A stretch of 63,500 nt of DNA, counting the filler, from Ministeria vibrans ATCC 50519 (lineage: Eukaryota; Protista; Filasterea), in NCBI GenBank assembly GCA_943704425.1. It is 6 parts of 6 records of this genome, joined end to end, with 100 filler letters (N's around TTAATTAATTAA, not from the genome) between each part and the next. Parts side by side here need not be neighbours in the genome. Positions count along the whole stretch, not along the records: positions 1 to 15,764 come from CALSCP010002565.1; 5 more parts are not named here. The stretch is one strand, 5' to 3'. Both the position numbers and the translations under genes were made by a program. Below, one piece after another: positions 1-12,104 of this stretch. The notes under the pieces were generated by a model. That model was not told the DNA's origin and searched no databases. It was given only the letters and a program-made list of their open reading frames with translations. The first letter of the stretch is position 1; each line of letters begins with the position of its first letter.

Positions 1-75
1 GCACCATCCTGTGACGCATCCTTCAACCATTCTTGAAAGCCTGCCTGTAGTACGCCCAGGGCGCGCTCTATACCA

Positions 76-633
76 CTAACCCCAGATGCAGTGCACGCAA
101 ACATGTGGTCCTTCGTCGCCACATTCAGGACACAACGCTGAGTCCCGTAGCTTCCGCTCCTTTTGCACCGCAGCGCATGGCAATCGACCACAGCATAGAC
201 GCACAAGAAAACGACGGACGTTCCACTCCACCTTACTTGTCACACTCCTGACCCACTCATGACCAGACTCCCGAACGACCTTGCCCTGGTGCACATGGCC
301 CGACATCGCACGCCACAGTCGATCACGTTGCACGTCCTTCAACAGTCGTTTTGCATTATGATCCTGCAAATCTAGACCGGCAGTAGCACCAGCCCTATCA
401 ACAGGCACCTGATTGGCCGCTCCGGCATCCGCGCGCTCCACTCGACGGTCCCGGCCATCGCAACCCAAGCGAATGCACACGCCACTGATTGGCGTCGACC
501 CCAGTAACGCACACCAGTCCCAACGCATTGCCAGCTCTGCCAAATACTCATTGTTCCCTTCCATATTGCCACGCAAACGCTCAAGACCACCGCGAGCAAT
601 CCCATCAGCACGCTCGTTCCACTCCTCCTCACG
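76..633 (-). mobile_element. Non-LTR retrotransposon ORF2 3' fragment (end of RNase H plus C-terminal zinc-binding region), 5'-truncated
   Basis: WNERADGIAR matches the RNase H C-terminal motif (G)NERADxLA. Downstream RLCCGRLP...LCPECGDEGPHVCVHC fits the zf-RVT-like CxxC..H..C tail of LINE ORF2. Confidence 0.65.
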
Positions 634-659
634 AACCCTAACCCTAACCCTAACCCTAA
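634..659 (-). repeat. Interstitial telomeric repeat (TTAGGG)4TT
   Basis: Plus strand reads AA(CCCTAA)4. Confidence 0.9.
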
Positions 660-795
660 GTCTCGCCCTCTGATCGATCTGTTCTACGTCACGTCCGTCT
701 CGCCTGGTCACGTATCAGCAACCTCCGACAACTGCTACGCCACAACGCCGACACCCAGGTCGCACCTCTCTCTGACAACGAGTGACAAGTGCCTC

Positions 796-869
796 TTACG
801 CAATAGGAATTACGCAAAAGGAATTATGCAATGAGTCTTACGCAATATTGCATAATTCGATTGCATAAG
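796..869. promoter_or_regulatory. Cluster of six TTAYGCAA motifs (4 forward, 2 reverse)
   Basis: cttacgcaat, attacgcaaa, attatgcaat, cttacgcaat, attgcataat, attgcataag within 75 bp. The repeat is seen directly; its function is inferred. Confidence 0.5.
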
Positions 870-1120
870 ACTTTTCCTATTTAAACTCACTCTCTCCTCT
901 CATTTTGTCAGTTTTGTTTCCTCTTTCCACCATCACATATTCCTGAAGAAGTGTATTGAATACACGAAACGTTGAATCTCTGTGCTGGAACGCCCAAGGA
1001 TATCAAAACTCGACGAAACTTTCGCTTTTTCATTTTTTGAAATTTTCCCAATAGGGTCAAGTAGCACTTTTGGCCCTTTTGCCGTCTTAGACACCCTTCC
1101 AACAGGCTTCATTCTATTAT

Positions 1121-1305
1121 CCTAACCCTAAGAACACCCGCTTTTCCAGTCCGTCGCGCTTGATGAGGGCATGCTCCTGCTCGCTCGTAGAGCATGTGCG
1201 AAGCATAAGCACGAGCGGCACTCGCGTCTTGATGCCCTCGCCGCGCGGCAAATCAACTCCACTTAGCGCTTCTAGCGCCGAAGTTTTGTCGTGGCTCTGA
1301 TTTGG
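1121..1305 (-). pseudogene. Dynamin/Mx-family GTPase fragment (G1-G2 region) ending in TTAGGGTTAGG
   Basis: [35 protein letters not shown] aligns by eye with the dynamin/Mx signature QSSGKSSVLEALSGVxLPRGSGIVTRCPLVL. The P-loop G is replaced by D and the fragment is truncated at both ends. Confidence 0.85.
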
Positions 1306-2769
1306 CATTTTTGGCAGTGGTGGAGTGGGGTGGGGTGGGTGTGTTTGAGTAATTGGAATTGGCGCCAAGGGTTGGGGTTTGCTTTGTTGTTGGGACTCTG
1401 TAGATCGCGCCGCAGCTCCACCAAGTTGACGTCAGGTGCAAAGTCATATTCGAGTCCCATGTCAACCGCTGAGAGAGCGAGCCGACAGTGTTCAGGAAGG
1501 TCAGGCGGAAGAGTGTACTTGGAGTTTTGTGGCCGCTCAAACGACTCTGAGAAGTGAACATTGGCAGCAGACGCATCGGGAACGCGAAAAGGAGCGACCG
1601 AGAGGAAGAAATTGGGATGGTAGTGAGCAACCAACACGAACAGCTGAGGAGTGCGGAGAGTTTCCGAGGTGTAGAGGGCGTAGGTGATGGCGCACTGTGA
1701 GTCCTTGTAAGTCCAGGTGGGCACAGGGGCTTGTCGCCACAAGTTCGCGAGTTTGAGGTGGGAGGGGAGAGAGTCTGCGGGAACCCCGGAATGGACGACA
1801 ATAGCCGCGAATCGGTTGCCGCTGCTCAGTTGAAACACAAGCTGCATTCCGATGGTAGGATCGGGTGTTGGCTTGAAGAAGAGGTACTCGCCGGAGTTTG
1901 GTGCGCCCCAAGCGTCAAGGCGAGACAGACAACAGCCGACTTTGCTCATGTCAAAGCCCAACGGGCCGTTCTCGCAGAGGTGCGTCATCGTTCGTTGGGC
2001 GCCAGTGATCAGTGCATTGACGGCAGCCCATCCGATGTCGGAATCGAACGAGGAGGCGCTGAGCAACACTTCTCGCATTTTGTGAGACACACGTCGGGAT
2101 GTTGGAGCATGTGCGCGAGGTACGGAGTAGTCGAGTAGGTATTTGTTGAGGGTCACATCACCGCTGCAAATGACCTTGAAAATGTGCTCGAGGATGCGTG
2201 TGCAGTTGACGAGCGACGCATCTTCACCGTGAACGGCTGTCTGTGTGGTCTCGAGGAGACGCGTGCAGTCACCATTCGCGACGATCCCACTCCAGAGATT
2301 GAAGTAGTCGGTGCTAGTACGTGGGTAGGCCTCGGGCTCAAGAGAGAATACGTGTCGATTGGCACAATACCTGTAAACGCGTTCGGTGGCGGTGTCAGGC
2401 TCCGCAGTACTTGGTGGCTCGGTAATGAGAATCATAGAGGCGTCGCACGCATTCGCAAGGTTCGTCTGATGCCGCGTCTTATCGCTGATGGTTGTGCCTG
2501 TGCACGTCTTGAGCGCCATGAACATTAATGCATTGACAATAGCGATGGGGTGCACGAGATCGGGACGCTGAAAACTGATCGCCGTCGAGTCTGCCTCCTC
2601 GCGCAAGTCGTGTATGTCGCTCCAAGTCGCACCAACCGCAGACAATGACGCGCTGAGTATTGGCAAGGTTGAGGTGAGCGCTCTCATCTCATACGGATCG
2701 ATCACAAGCACTCGCGAATGAAAGATGCTGTCCAGCTCGTCAAACAGTGTAGGGGTTCTTCCTCCTCTC
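1272..2769 (-). CDS. Hypothetical protein (~480-500 aa open frame, probably a large exon)
   Basis: Long ORF with globular-like composition. The frame stays open up to a possible acceptor (aaatag) near 2770. No family recognised. Confidence 0.5.
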
Positions 2770-2932
2770 CTATTTTTATTAACTTTTTAATAATAATTTT
2801 ATTGTAAATTTTAGAGTCTTTATGATATGGAGTAGATAGTGAGATGTGAATATGAGAAGATAAGAGAAGGTTGTTTCAGTCGACAAGGATTGTCGACAGA
2901 CCCCAACGGCAATAGATTTCGATTTGGGAGGG

Positions 2933-5900
2933 TCAGTCACAAACCTCTAGCGCAATTGGTTCCGTTGGGGGTCTGTGGGTAAGATCCGTAGCGCTGATAT
3001 TAAACTCTGTGACAAGGTGTGGGACTTTGTCAAAGTAGGTTGCAGAAGGATAGAACCAGCCTGACACAGACGGATCTTCGGCTGACGAGAGATTTTTGAA
3101 GTCCGAATGTGTCATTGACCTTTGCAGTCCGACGACGAAGACTTGAAGTTGATTATTCGTGACAGACACGCGAAGGAAGTGCTTAAAGTTCTCTAACGAG
3201 TAAAGAGAAAACAGATCGCTCAAGAACGGTGCATCACTCAGCCGAAAAGTAACGAGGTGGAGAATACTCAGAAGATTGCAAAATCCATAAAAGAGCGCCT
3301 GAGAGAGAAGAAAGCGGGATATCCAATGAAGGTACCGAAAGTGTTCCGTTGAAGGCATCGTTTCCTTGACAAAATCTCGCAACCACACAATAAAGTACAG
3401 TAGGTGTGAGAGTAGAATTAGCAACGTTGTGTAGAGGAACACAATATCCACCAATTCAGAAGCTACCAATCCAACATGAGCCGAATCGAAATGATAAAGA
3501 GAAAATGAGGCAGGATCGGTGAAATAGGTGTTCACCAGAGAAGCCGCTTGAACAGCGATATTAAAATTGTCTGAATAGGATATAGTAGAATAGAGAGCGG
3601 ATATGATACGTACCAGAAAAAAAAGTCTGGCCATGTTTACGTTTGGGGAATGACGGTCGCCTTTGAAGATATCGAGAGTCAGGTAGACTATCAAAGCGAC
3701 GGGTATAACGGGGTGATGGCGAAATTTATTTTCAAGATATTTCATGGGTGACCAACGCGAAGGCAATATAAACGCCATTGTGCGCTTGAACACGAGGATC
3801 AAGGACTGAAACAAAGAATACAATGTCAATACTCGTGACGTTGACATCGTCGCGGCGACAACAAGAGTTTTCATCACATGCGATCGCTCCCATGACGCCG
3901 CGACCCATAAATTGTTGGAAACCTCAGACGAAATCGCCAGAGTGAAACAGGTAAAGACAACAAACTCAATCCCTACCAGAAAACTGAGAACGGAGTTCGG
4001 TTCCTGAAATAAACAAAATTTTAGTAACAAAAGGCGCGAGACACGTATACGGTAGATGGGTCTCAGTCTTACCAAAAAGGACAGGATATGGTGGAAAAGA
4101 TTTAACTTGTGGCACTCTGGAAGGAAGAAAACCAACCAATACACTGCCAGAGGAGCGAAGAGCGGAAGGAGATCTGTGTCGCCCGTATTAACAACAAATG
4201 CGGAGGGAAGAAGATAAAAAACAACAAAGCGTAGCAGATGATTAAGCGAATCATCCACAAAACCCTAGAATTTATCAAACTTTGGCGTATGGAAATCCCA
4301 ATGAGCAGGACACACAAAAGACTGACAGCCACATTACTCGAACGCGTATTGATCAAGTCGCATAAAATCTGCGGCATATCATGATAGAAACAGGGATACG
4401 TGCCACCCATAGGAAATTCAACGCCTGACGGGATCCCCACCAGACTGTACATCCACGATGCTTGTCGGATGTGATAGCTTGCCTGGTAAGGGTCACTTTC
4501 AGGACTGATTCGCTTAAATGCGACAGCGGAAAGATTTCCCATTTGAAGATAGAGTCTTTTAGGGACGTGTGAAGTGGGGTGCAAGAATGCGCCACCCCCA
4601 CCAGAAATTATCAAATGGGGAAAGCGCGTATGCAATTCACGATGATTGGAGGATGCGGAAGGAGCCCAATGAGCAAAATAATGCATATCGCCAGCTATAA
4701 TCGCCCTGAGACGACCAAAGAGAGCGTCCAAGATATTTTGGAGCAAAGGACCAGGGTACGGCTTCGAGTTGAGCCAGAAAGGCTGGTGGATTATGAGAAC
4801 TGCGGAATGGAAAGATTCCTGTTTCAAGAGTTTTAATATCGCGTTATACTGAGTGGCGTCAATATCACGATCGGAAGCTCCTACGTTGTGTTGGTCATTG
4901 ACGGAAAGGAAAAGCCAATGATTTTCAACAAAGTGAAAGTATGTTTTCTTCTGCCGAATACGCCAGGGGGAAAATTCATGAATGACTTCGGGCACTAAAA
5001 TACCCCGTTGAAACACATTTCCGCCATCCAATGCGTCGTGGTTGCCATAAGTTGCCCACAAAAGTGGTCTCCGATTGTTCTCTGAAACCGTCTTTAACGG
5101 GGGAGATTTGGACTTGGACAATTTCTCCCTAAAGAGAGTCGGTGATATTGATCCAGACCTTGACACTTGCGTGATAAAATGAAGCGCATACGTCCATATA
5201 CGACCTTGAGCAAACCAGTCCACCATTGGCATCCTATATGAAGGTGTCTTCAGTTTTTCAATCACTTCCCTATGTTGATCCAACGCAGTTTGTCGGCAAT
5301 CAGGATCACCAAACGAGAAACCTCCAATCGACTTCCTGAGTTTTTGACACTGTGAGTTTTCAGCATTAGGATTCTTGGCTGTTGATTTTTGTGGCTCAAA
5401 AGCACCAGCCCCGAAAAAGGGCATCACAAAGCGCTTTTGCCAGACTTCCCAAGTTGGTTCTGGATAGACGAGGTCGCCTCCGATGATTAGATGATTAGCG
5501 CGTGCAATTTTACGACCGTGCATTCGTGGAGCAGACAGGTTGAGATTGGGTTGCCCAACAGTTCCGAACACAGCAAAAGTGGAGGCCGTGCCATCACCAG
5601 TGTCAGCCAGAAAATCTACAATAACGGGTGTTTCCACTGACGAAGTAGCATTTCTGTTTTGGTGCTTCGACGAAGAATTGTTCGCGAAGAGGAACTTGTC
5701 CGAATGTCGCGGTTCTATAGGAAACGCCCCCAGCATGCAATCTCTCATGCGGGCAGTACGGTGCTGCAACAAAATAATAAAGAAAAGTAAAAGAGGGTGA
5801 TGAGCTTATGAATGTCATTATTAGTAAATGATATGTAAATGTGTAGACGTGAATTAAAAAAAAATTTCCCCTTTCCTTACCAACATGTCGTCCTTAAAAT

Positions 5901-6429
5901 TGATGGAATAAGGTCCAAAGCGTGGAGAAAGGGTCGTAATTGATTCAAGCCAAGTATTAAGCGGGAGATTTGTTGAGTTCGCATTAATGAGCGGACAAAA
6001 TCTTGGATGTCGTCCCCTCTCTACTGTCCAGGTCGAAGACGGGTCAAAACAATTTGATGTGTACAATGCAGCAAAAGTGACGAATGAAACGGCGCCAAAA
6101 ACTAAAGCCCCACGACAAATGGCCTTAAAATTGCGACTCAGGCAAGTCACAAACTTGTCGACATAAAGAGCAAACGATTGGGAGATGAAACTGAAAAGAC
6201 ATGCAGACAAAACCGAAGCTACAGACACATCCTGGAAGTCATACGAAAGTAGAAGCCGGTAGAACAAAAAACTAGACTCGAATAAAATCAGAGACGAGTC
6301 TGTCGCCATGGATCCACCAGTAGACACAACATCAAGACTGTCTGTGGCGGCCGAAGATGAGGCAGTGGAGGCAGTCGCTGCAGTAGGGAATTGCTTTCTT
6401 TGTTTGCCCTTTGACTTGCCTCGACCCAT
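2933..6429 (-). CDS. Membrane-associated calcineurin-like metallophosphoesterase (spliced; ORFs 5854-6429, 4102-5772, 2933-4258)
   Basis: Motifs DFLADTGDG, IIGGDLVYP, GNHD, IIHQPFW, IAGDMHYF, SGGGGAFLHPT. GT-AG intron at ~5764-5880 and an acceptor ttctag at ~4266. Hydrophobic N- and C-terminal segments. Confidence 0.8.
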
Positions 6430-6955
6430 ACCTACGAAGAATAGGTGAGAGGGCTTTAGCCAGCGAGTTTATACGTCGTGCCCACGAGGGGAAAAGTCTC
6501 AGGAAATGGACTTCTTTTGAAATCGCACAAAAAAGAAATGCTATAAGGCACGCTCTATTTCACCCGTATTCCGCCCCTTTGTGAACCATCATGCGTTATG
6601 AACGCATACGGCAAATTACACGGTAACCCCAACGCTAGATATTATTACAAACGAACATTGCTAAAAACGAAATAAGCGAGAACACGCGGACAGAGAAAAC
6701 GCGCAAGCCTACGCGGATACCCTCGTCCGTGGCATATATCAGAGGTCACTGTCGACTCGTCTGGCGAGAGGAGAGTGCAGAACAAAGGCGAAAAGGTTGG
6801 TCGACCAGGAACATATCGAAAACAGGGCGTTTCCATGCGAAAATTGAGAAAGGCATGAAGAACTCATTCAACGGCGGGATGGATTAGATGTTATATCACT
6901 ACACACGTGTTACCTGGGAGAGACGTTGAAAAAATATTGGTCGACGCCAGGGTTG

Positions 6956-7104
6956 ACTGTGCGCTCATAAACGCGCCTGAAAAAATAAATTCCAAAGATT
7001 TTCAGCAACTTGGGCTCAATCGTGTGTATAGGTCATAAGAGCGCCCTGGCACGAGTTTCAGCGAAACATATATTTTTCCTAACTGTAAAGTTGGTGTTCG
7101 GACT
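6956..7104 (+). repeat. Left TIR (~150 bp)
   Basis: Reverse complement of 12105-12260 with several substitutions and one 7-nt indel. ORFs 7010(+) and 12181(-) share the peptide SALARVSAKHIFFLTVKLVFGL for this reason. Confidence 0.95.
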
Positions 7105-8015
7105 TAGAATTTTTTTTTGCTCTTTTCAGATTCGCTTTTTTTGGCTGCTGAAGCTGGGAACTTTCTGCTCGTACACGGGTTGTGAGGTATGTTGTCAGTG
7201 CTGTGTGCAATTACCTGCTTTACTTACTCGATTGGAGCAAGTTGCGGCGCAAGTCATTCCGAGTTTGTGTCATTCAACTCGAAAATATGCGTCGCAGCGC
7301 ATACACACTGTCTCCGCGAGTTCGAGGCGTGCTAATGCCTTTTTCTAAGGCTAGCGGAAGGCGAGGTTACGAGCTCAACGTACGCTAACTGGATAGAATT
7401 AAGGATCGAGGTACTGTTTACTATGGTCCACATACATGATGACTGTGTGGCCACTGCTGTAGATGGGTCCTGAGCGGTGCGCAGCCCATGGCACTGTGAC
7501 AAGTCATAGAAGAGCTGGAGACGATGTGTTAAGTGCACGGCTGCCGTGGCCAGAGACTGTTATGTCATGGTGTTGTCATGCCGTCGTCCCTTGCCAGTAG
7601 CCTGATGTCCTTCCGTCTTGCTTGAACGTCCCATACTTGCATAGGCGGTCTCGCAACTGTGTGTCGACTAAGCTGGCGGTACTGACACTCTTGCCATTGC
7701 GACACACGCAATTCCACCTGGCCGGTTATGGTACAGCTGTACCTCCGTCAATCCTCAAGTGTAAAGAAGTGAAAAAATTGTATGTCTTAATACTATAATT
7801 GTATTACATGCAATCAGACACTCGGCGTGCCCTTGGCCAAGCAAGCCCGATCTCGGCGACTTTGAGCATCTCTGGCAACGGCGTCAGGATCACGGCTTTG
7901 AAACGGAGGAAGGGGAATGAGGTCATCGTCGGCATAGTCTGCGGCACTCTCCACCACAGGTCGGGGACGCGGGGGAGCTATTGTTGTTTGCGAATATCAG
8001 TATTAATACGAACAA

Positions 8016-11000
8016 CTAAGTGGTTGAATAAACAGGCCTAAGCGTACCATCAAACACTCTTCGTGCGCGTTGCATAGCTTCCAAGGCATTGAGCTTCTCC
8101 TCCAAAAGAGCAATCGTCGCGTCTCGGCGCTCGTTGAACCGCCGAGCAATTTCGGTTGCCAACTCAGAACCAAGAGTTGAGCCACGCAGGCTCTGCAGCT
8201 TCTTCTTCGTCTTCATGTACTCCTCCGTCGCGGCCTTGTACGTCGCCAGGCGCTCCCAGGAAATAGTTTTCTTCTTCAAGTCATGTTCCATGTCAACGAG
8301 TGCGTAAAACCCATTCTTAAACTGCTTCACAATGCTGTTCAATTCCATCCATTCCTTGAAGTACGTTGTCTACGTATACACACAATTATAAATAATGATC
8401 ATTTTATTGTAGAAAAATGTCACCTACCTCTGAAGATCCCTGCTTCATTCTTTGAAAGGTTGCGTCTGATTCCTCTTGTTGCTCCGCAAAAAACACAGAG
8501 AGCGCATCGGGCTTAGCTCGTCAGTCGTGTAATACGACGCGTAGTAAGCAAGCGTGGCCGAGCCACTGTCTTCCAACTCGCAAACGGCCTCGAACATGTC
8601 CTTGCACACCACCAAATGCGACGAAGCCACGCGACAAGTGCATGCCAAAAAACCCCCACTCGTGCCTACTTGTCAGCCACCAGCTTCTTCGTCTTCTTGA
8701 GCACTTCTACTCGCCCGAGTCGGCGTGCAACAGATTGCGACAAGTGCCACTAAGGAAGAATATAATTATTATACTTATTGCGCAGAAAAAGTATATATAT
8801 ACACGAAAATAATACATGGCTCATTAAATAGAATACCAAGACATGCGCATGAAAATGTTGTCATGTTAGAAATACCTTGCACAGAAGAGGACGAGTGTTC
8901 GAGGGACCCCATACTTGCATGATGGCACAAAGCTCGGTGTCACATTGGTCCGTCATAGTGTAGTGTGGAGCAAAGTTGGGTACCCCCGCAAAACGCTTCA
9001 TCAGCCACCGCAATGCCTCGAGAATGTCGACGTACATTTCCGCAAATTCATGGGAGACATACGCTCGTGCAGCGCAGCGATACTGCATGTGGGCATCGCG
9101 GACCACGAATGCAATGCAAATGTTGAAGTTGTCGCACCGAGTGATATTGTGTGTAGCATCAAACACAAGGAGCTTCTCGTGGCCGTAGTCACGGAGGTCA
9201 CTGAGCGAGTTTGAATCAGCAATAAGCAGGCAGTGGTGGTGCTCCGTCACGACTTCACGGAACGTGGGATTCCGTGCAGCTGTCGAAGTACTACCGTGAG
9301 CACCCTGTGGGTTGGCAGCAACAACAACAACAGCAGCAGCAGCAGCGCAGTCTCTGCGACACGAGCCCGAGCTTCACGCTCAGCTCTCTGGTAGGCCATA
9401 ACCTTCTACGTACGGACAAGATCAATCCAAAACAAGAAGATAAGAGCTAGGACGGATAAAGTTATTTGGTTCCTACCAGGGCAGTCTCGTAGTCCATGTG
9501 CAGCATTTGCGTCCGCCCCATTGCCGACGACTGTGACTGGGTCGTCTCGCCGTCTGAGCCCTCGTCGACATTGTGTTCAAACTCGATCGTCCGACCAAAT
9601 TTAAAACGACCGGAATCATCATAGTCGCCGTCGTCATCGTCGTCGTTATCGAAGTGTGATGCAGAATTGACAAACACGCCACGATGAAATCCCTTACGAG
9701 GTCGTCCAGATAGATTCCGTGACGATGACTTGTTTTTAGACTTGAGAAGTCTCTTTGATTGTGTTTCAGCAGAACCATTAGGGTGGTAGTCGATGTCGAT
9801 ACGGACGACATAAAAATCGGGCTCCTTGACCGTGGGAAAGGTGGCTGTGAAGGAGGCAGGGGTGGCGGATGGTGTTGTTGTTGTTGTTGTTGTCGATACT
9901 GCGGAAATATCAACGTCGCCGTCAAAGACGGAAGTCATGGTGACGGTCGAGCTGGAGGTCGGCGGCGGGACTGGACAAGGGGGGTGGCGCTGTGGCTTGC
10001 TGCTGATATCATGATCCGGCGGATATGCAATGGCAGAGAACTGGTACAAGCGCGCCTGGTGAAACTGCTGGCTCGCCAAAGGAGGAAGAAAGACCGGAGT
10101 CTCTTCACAGCGGAGCCCTACGCGTGATTTGAAAAAGGCAATGCATTGGTCCAGCTCGCTACTGACATCCTCACACTCGCGAGTGTGGTCTTGGTACGGT
10201 CGAGACGAACCAGCCTGCCCGGGGGCCGTGCGTAAACCTCGCCGTGCATTTCGAACCACCCTCGCACTGATGCTCTTCGCCGATATGGATGCAACACGAG
10301 CTTGATGCACTTCCACTGCTGCAGCGAGAGCATCAAGTGCAACGCTCTCACGGAGGTGGCCACCTTGAGATGCTTGATCTGCACCATTTGGAGGTGTAGT
10401 TGATGTTGAAATCGTGGTCCTCGTGCGCGTGCCAGATGCACTGTCGACGTCGTCTCCCCCAGCAAAACTTGCCGTCTGACCAGAAGCGTTGGCGCCGGCC
10501 ATGGTCAACGGTGTTGCAGTGGCGCCGCCCAGTCGGCCAAGCCCAAGCTCGCGCACGCCAACGCGGTACATCGTGGCTACTTTTGCCGCCTGGCCACCAA
10601 ACTGAACTCCCAAGCGAGCGCGGTCGCGCGCATGACGAGTTGCTCGAGTGCGCACCCCAAATTTGTTCACATGCTGCACCGTGTGAGATAGTCGTTGTGG
10701 CACCGGTGGATGTGTCAAAGAGGCAGTCGGCAACCTCTCTGGCTCCTCGTGCTGAGCTGGTTGTGCCGCGACTAATGGAGGTGATACGTCTACGTGTGTA
10801 TCAACAATATGGCTGTCTGTGCCAAAGTGAGTGCTGCGAACAATGATAAAGCATGTGCACGACTCCTCCCAAAAACTGCCGACCAAACCAGTGTACATGC
10901 CAATTGCACCAGAGCAGGCACCGGAACCGTGACCTTGATCGTTTTGCTCGTTCAACGCTGACAACGTTCGTTTCCGCACGAGGTCCTTTGCGCGCAAACG

Positions 11001-11825
11001 ACTGCTGGCCGTGGCGTCGGCCTGAGCGGACTTTACATTCTGCGGCACGTCATCGTGTGTTGAAGATGGTCGACGTCTCTTTGCCAACGATGAGCGCGCC
11101 CGGTCCGTGCTGAGATCCTTTTCGCCGAGACGGCACACGAGTCGGAGGTGGCGCACAGAATTGTTGCTGTGCTTTAGCCGCTTGCCACCAAGTCGCAACA
11201 CGTACACAGCGTCCAAGACACCCTTCAAGAGCACCAGGGCAGGCGCGGAGACAACAAACGCCGTGCTGACAGCCGCCGTAGCAATTTCGTTCACTGCGGT
11301 CTCCGCCAAATGCCATTGTGGTGTTGAAGTCGGAGAATGTCTCTGTCACAACTGATCGCGTCCGCATCGTGTCCGGCTCCTGTTCAGCATGAGCACGAGC
11401 AGACGCTGCAAATAATTGCTGGTTGGCAGCGTATTGCTCGAGATCGGTGAGCCGACGAGCAGTGACAAACTGCTTCCTCACGTTTTCAGGGACCGCAGCG
11501 GGTGCGGCGCAGCCACCGTCGCTTGCACTTGTTGGCGTAACAGGTGTCAACATTGCACGAAGAAACTCGCGAACATCGGGATCGAGACAGCCATTGAGTG
11601 GGTCGGCACAAGGTGAGTCGATGTTGACGGTTCGGGGGCGCCCACGTCCTCGTTTCGGGGTCGACTCTGGCTGCTTTTCGGCGAGCTTTGTCTCCTTAAT
11701 CGGCTCGCGTTCATCCTCGCCACTTGACTCGTCGCTTGAGACAACCCTGCGTCGCTTCGTTCTTCGCTTGCGACGGTGGCTCTCGAACCCAAAGTAAAAT
11801 CGTCAAAACCCTCAAAATTGTCCAT
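8016..11825 (-). pseudogene. Spliced, frameshifted MULE transposase with SWIM finger and long low-complexity N-terminus
   Basis: LVFDATHN...YTMTD (first two catalytic Asp). LLCK|WH is joined across an intron at ~8751-8876 (CxxH motif). ACTCRVASSHLVVCKD is SWIM-like with H>D. An intron at ~9406-9476 links ORF 9462-11309 to the transposase exon, followed by a frameshift near 9345. Confidence 0.8.
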
Positions 11826-12104
11826 CTCCGGCTACAAAAGAGCTGTACCTGCAAGGGACCGTTGATTGTTGATATTGGAAGATGCAGATTCAGAGACATT
11901 GAGAGTAGACGTTGCAGTTTAAGCGGAGCGGGGGATAAAGATGACAAATATCTCAACTTCGGTACCAGATTTACGGAAATACCGTAGCACAAGGTCAAGA
12001 AAAGGGCTGTCGATGCCGCAACGGGTCCAATACGAAGAGTGCGCGACTGACGCAAGGAGCGAAGAGAGAAAACACGTATGAGAAAAAATGAAGAAAAATA
12101 CACT

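Noticed and set aside
7010-7348. ORF sharing a peptide with ORF 11711-12181
   Set aside because: The identity comes from the TIRs, not from a gene duplication.
9462-11309. Independent cargo gene (Pack-MULE)
   Set aside because: A plausible intron links it to the transposase exons, so it is better read as the transposase N-terminus.
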